Shown piece after piece: positions 63,109-64,000 of a DNA stretch of 64,000 bases. A model generated the notes under the pieces. It was given only the letters and a program-made list of their open reading frames with translations, ran no database searches and was not told the DNA's origin. The stretch is from positions 1,612,001-1,676,000 of the forward strand of contig CP075497.1 of assembly GCA_021613535.1 (NCBI GenBank), in the 5' to 3' direction. Position 1 is the stretch's first letter, and every line of letters starts with the position of its first letter. The position numbers were made by a program, and so were the translations under genes. The DNA is from Adineta vaga. Its lineage: Eukaryota; Animalia; Rotifera.

Positions 63109-64000
63109 TTACCATTGACCACCCTCAGTAGTCGTTGCTTGTGGTCTCCAATTTGATGATGTGGTTGCTACAGGATGAGGAGCGGAAGTCGACGAAACTT
63201 TATTATCAATGACAAATTTCTTTGCAACACCATGTGCTAATAACATTCCTCCATATAAGAGTGAAAATTTTAAAAGTACACATCCAATTCCTTTATATAA
63301 ACCTGAACTTCCTTCAGTTTCTTCAATTGATTTAAAACAAGACCAAAAATCTGTATAATAAATTGATGAATTGATTGGTAAAACACCAACACCAGTATCT
63401 GTATTATCGATAATTGCTCGAACACCTTGAACATGAAGACGATGTACAATTGTTTCAACAGGATAAAATAAAACTTGTCCAAAAAATCCTGCTGCTATTC
63501 GAGCAATTAATGATGCATATGTTGTTTCAAAAAGAAGAACATTTTCTTCTGTTTCATAATCATCATCCATTGATAACTAAACAAGTATTCAATTGAATTG
63601 AAATTTATTCAATTAAACTCATTTTACCTGAGCAATACGTTTTTGTTTCCTTTTTCGATATCGATCCGCTTCTTGAATTGCATTTAATGTTGGTAAAATA
63701 ATTTTATATAAAATTTTCTCACAAACATATCTTCCAGTCATTAAACCAACGGCTGGTATAAGAATTTTCCATATTGGTAACATTTTACTTCGAGCACCAC
63801 CGGTAATCGATGATGAATAAGGAATAAAACGAACTAATGTATCACGAATTCCATCAAGTAAATTTCCATCCGATGCACTGACACTTTGCACTGATTCAAT
63901 TAACATTATATAATATATTGGAGAGACAAGTAGATAAGATATACTAAGAAAGAATTCCATTAATTAGAAGAAAATAATAATTTGAATTTAAGACTTACGT
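63109..64000 (-). CDS. SLC25A46: SLC25A46-like outer mitochondrial membrane carrier; 5' part lies outside the window
   Basis: FYPVETIVHRLHVQGVRAIIDNTDTG..VLPIN...EGSSGLYKGIG and LIESVQS..MLPIWKIL match SLC25A46. Confidence 0.9.

Overview
AT-rich (roughly 70% by eye) eukaryotic genomic DNA with many short GT-AG introns, so the ORF track is fragmented and several genes were rebuilt here by reading splice sites. The mix of gene families (orphan class-A GPCRs, ART and TPR families, F-box/LRR-like relics, a large Cys-rich membrane protein with FG-GAP repeats, intronless bacterial-type enzymes) suggests a bdelloid rotifer; this is inference. Conserved metazoan genes: an hnRNP-like RRM gene, KLHL20, coatomer gamma, DENND5, TMEM87, a claudin-like gene, COX4, an NCAM-like gene, an SR-like RRM gene and SLC25A46, plus tRNA-Cys(GCA). 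The most notable region is an ~11 kb island (39.4-50.4 kb) of mostly intronless, foreign-looking genes: an orphan ORF, an HGG/GHSAG esterase, a TPR gene, a secreted PL8 polysaccharide lyase with one frameshift facing a GT37-like fucosyltransferase head-to-head, and a DmpA peptidase beside the tRNA. It is followed by a transposon-rich tract holding a decayed ADP-ribosyltransferase and an intact tandem pseudo-LRAT/LRAT membrane protein gene. Also seen: a cryptic HExxH pseudogene split by a MITE, nested TIR elements and candidate micro-exons. All calls come from reading the sequence; no searches were run.
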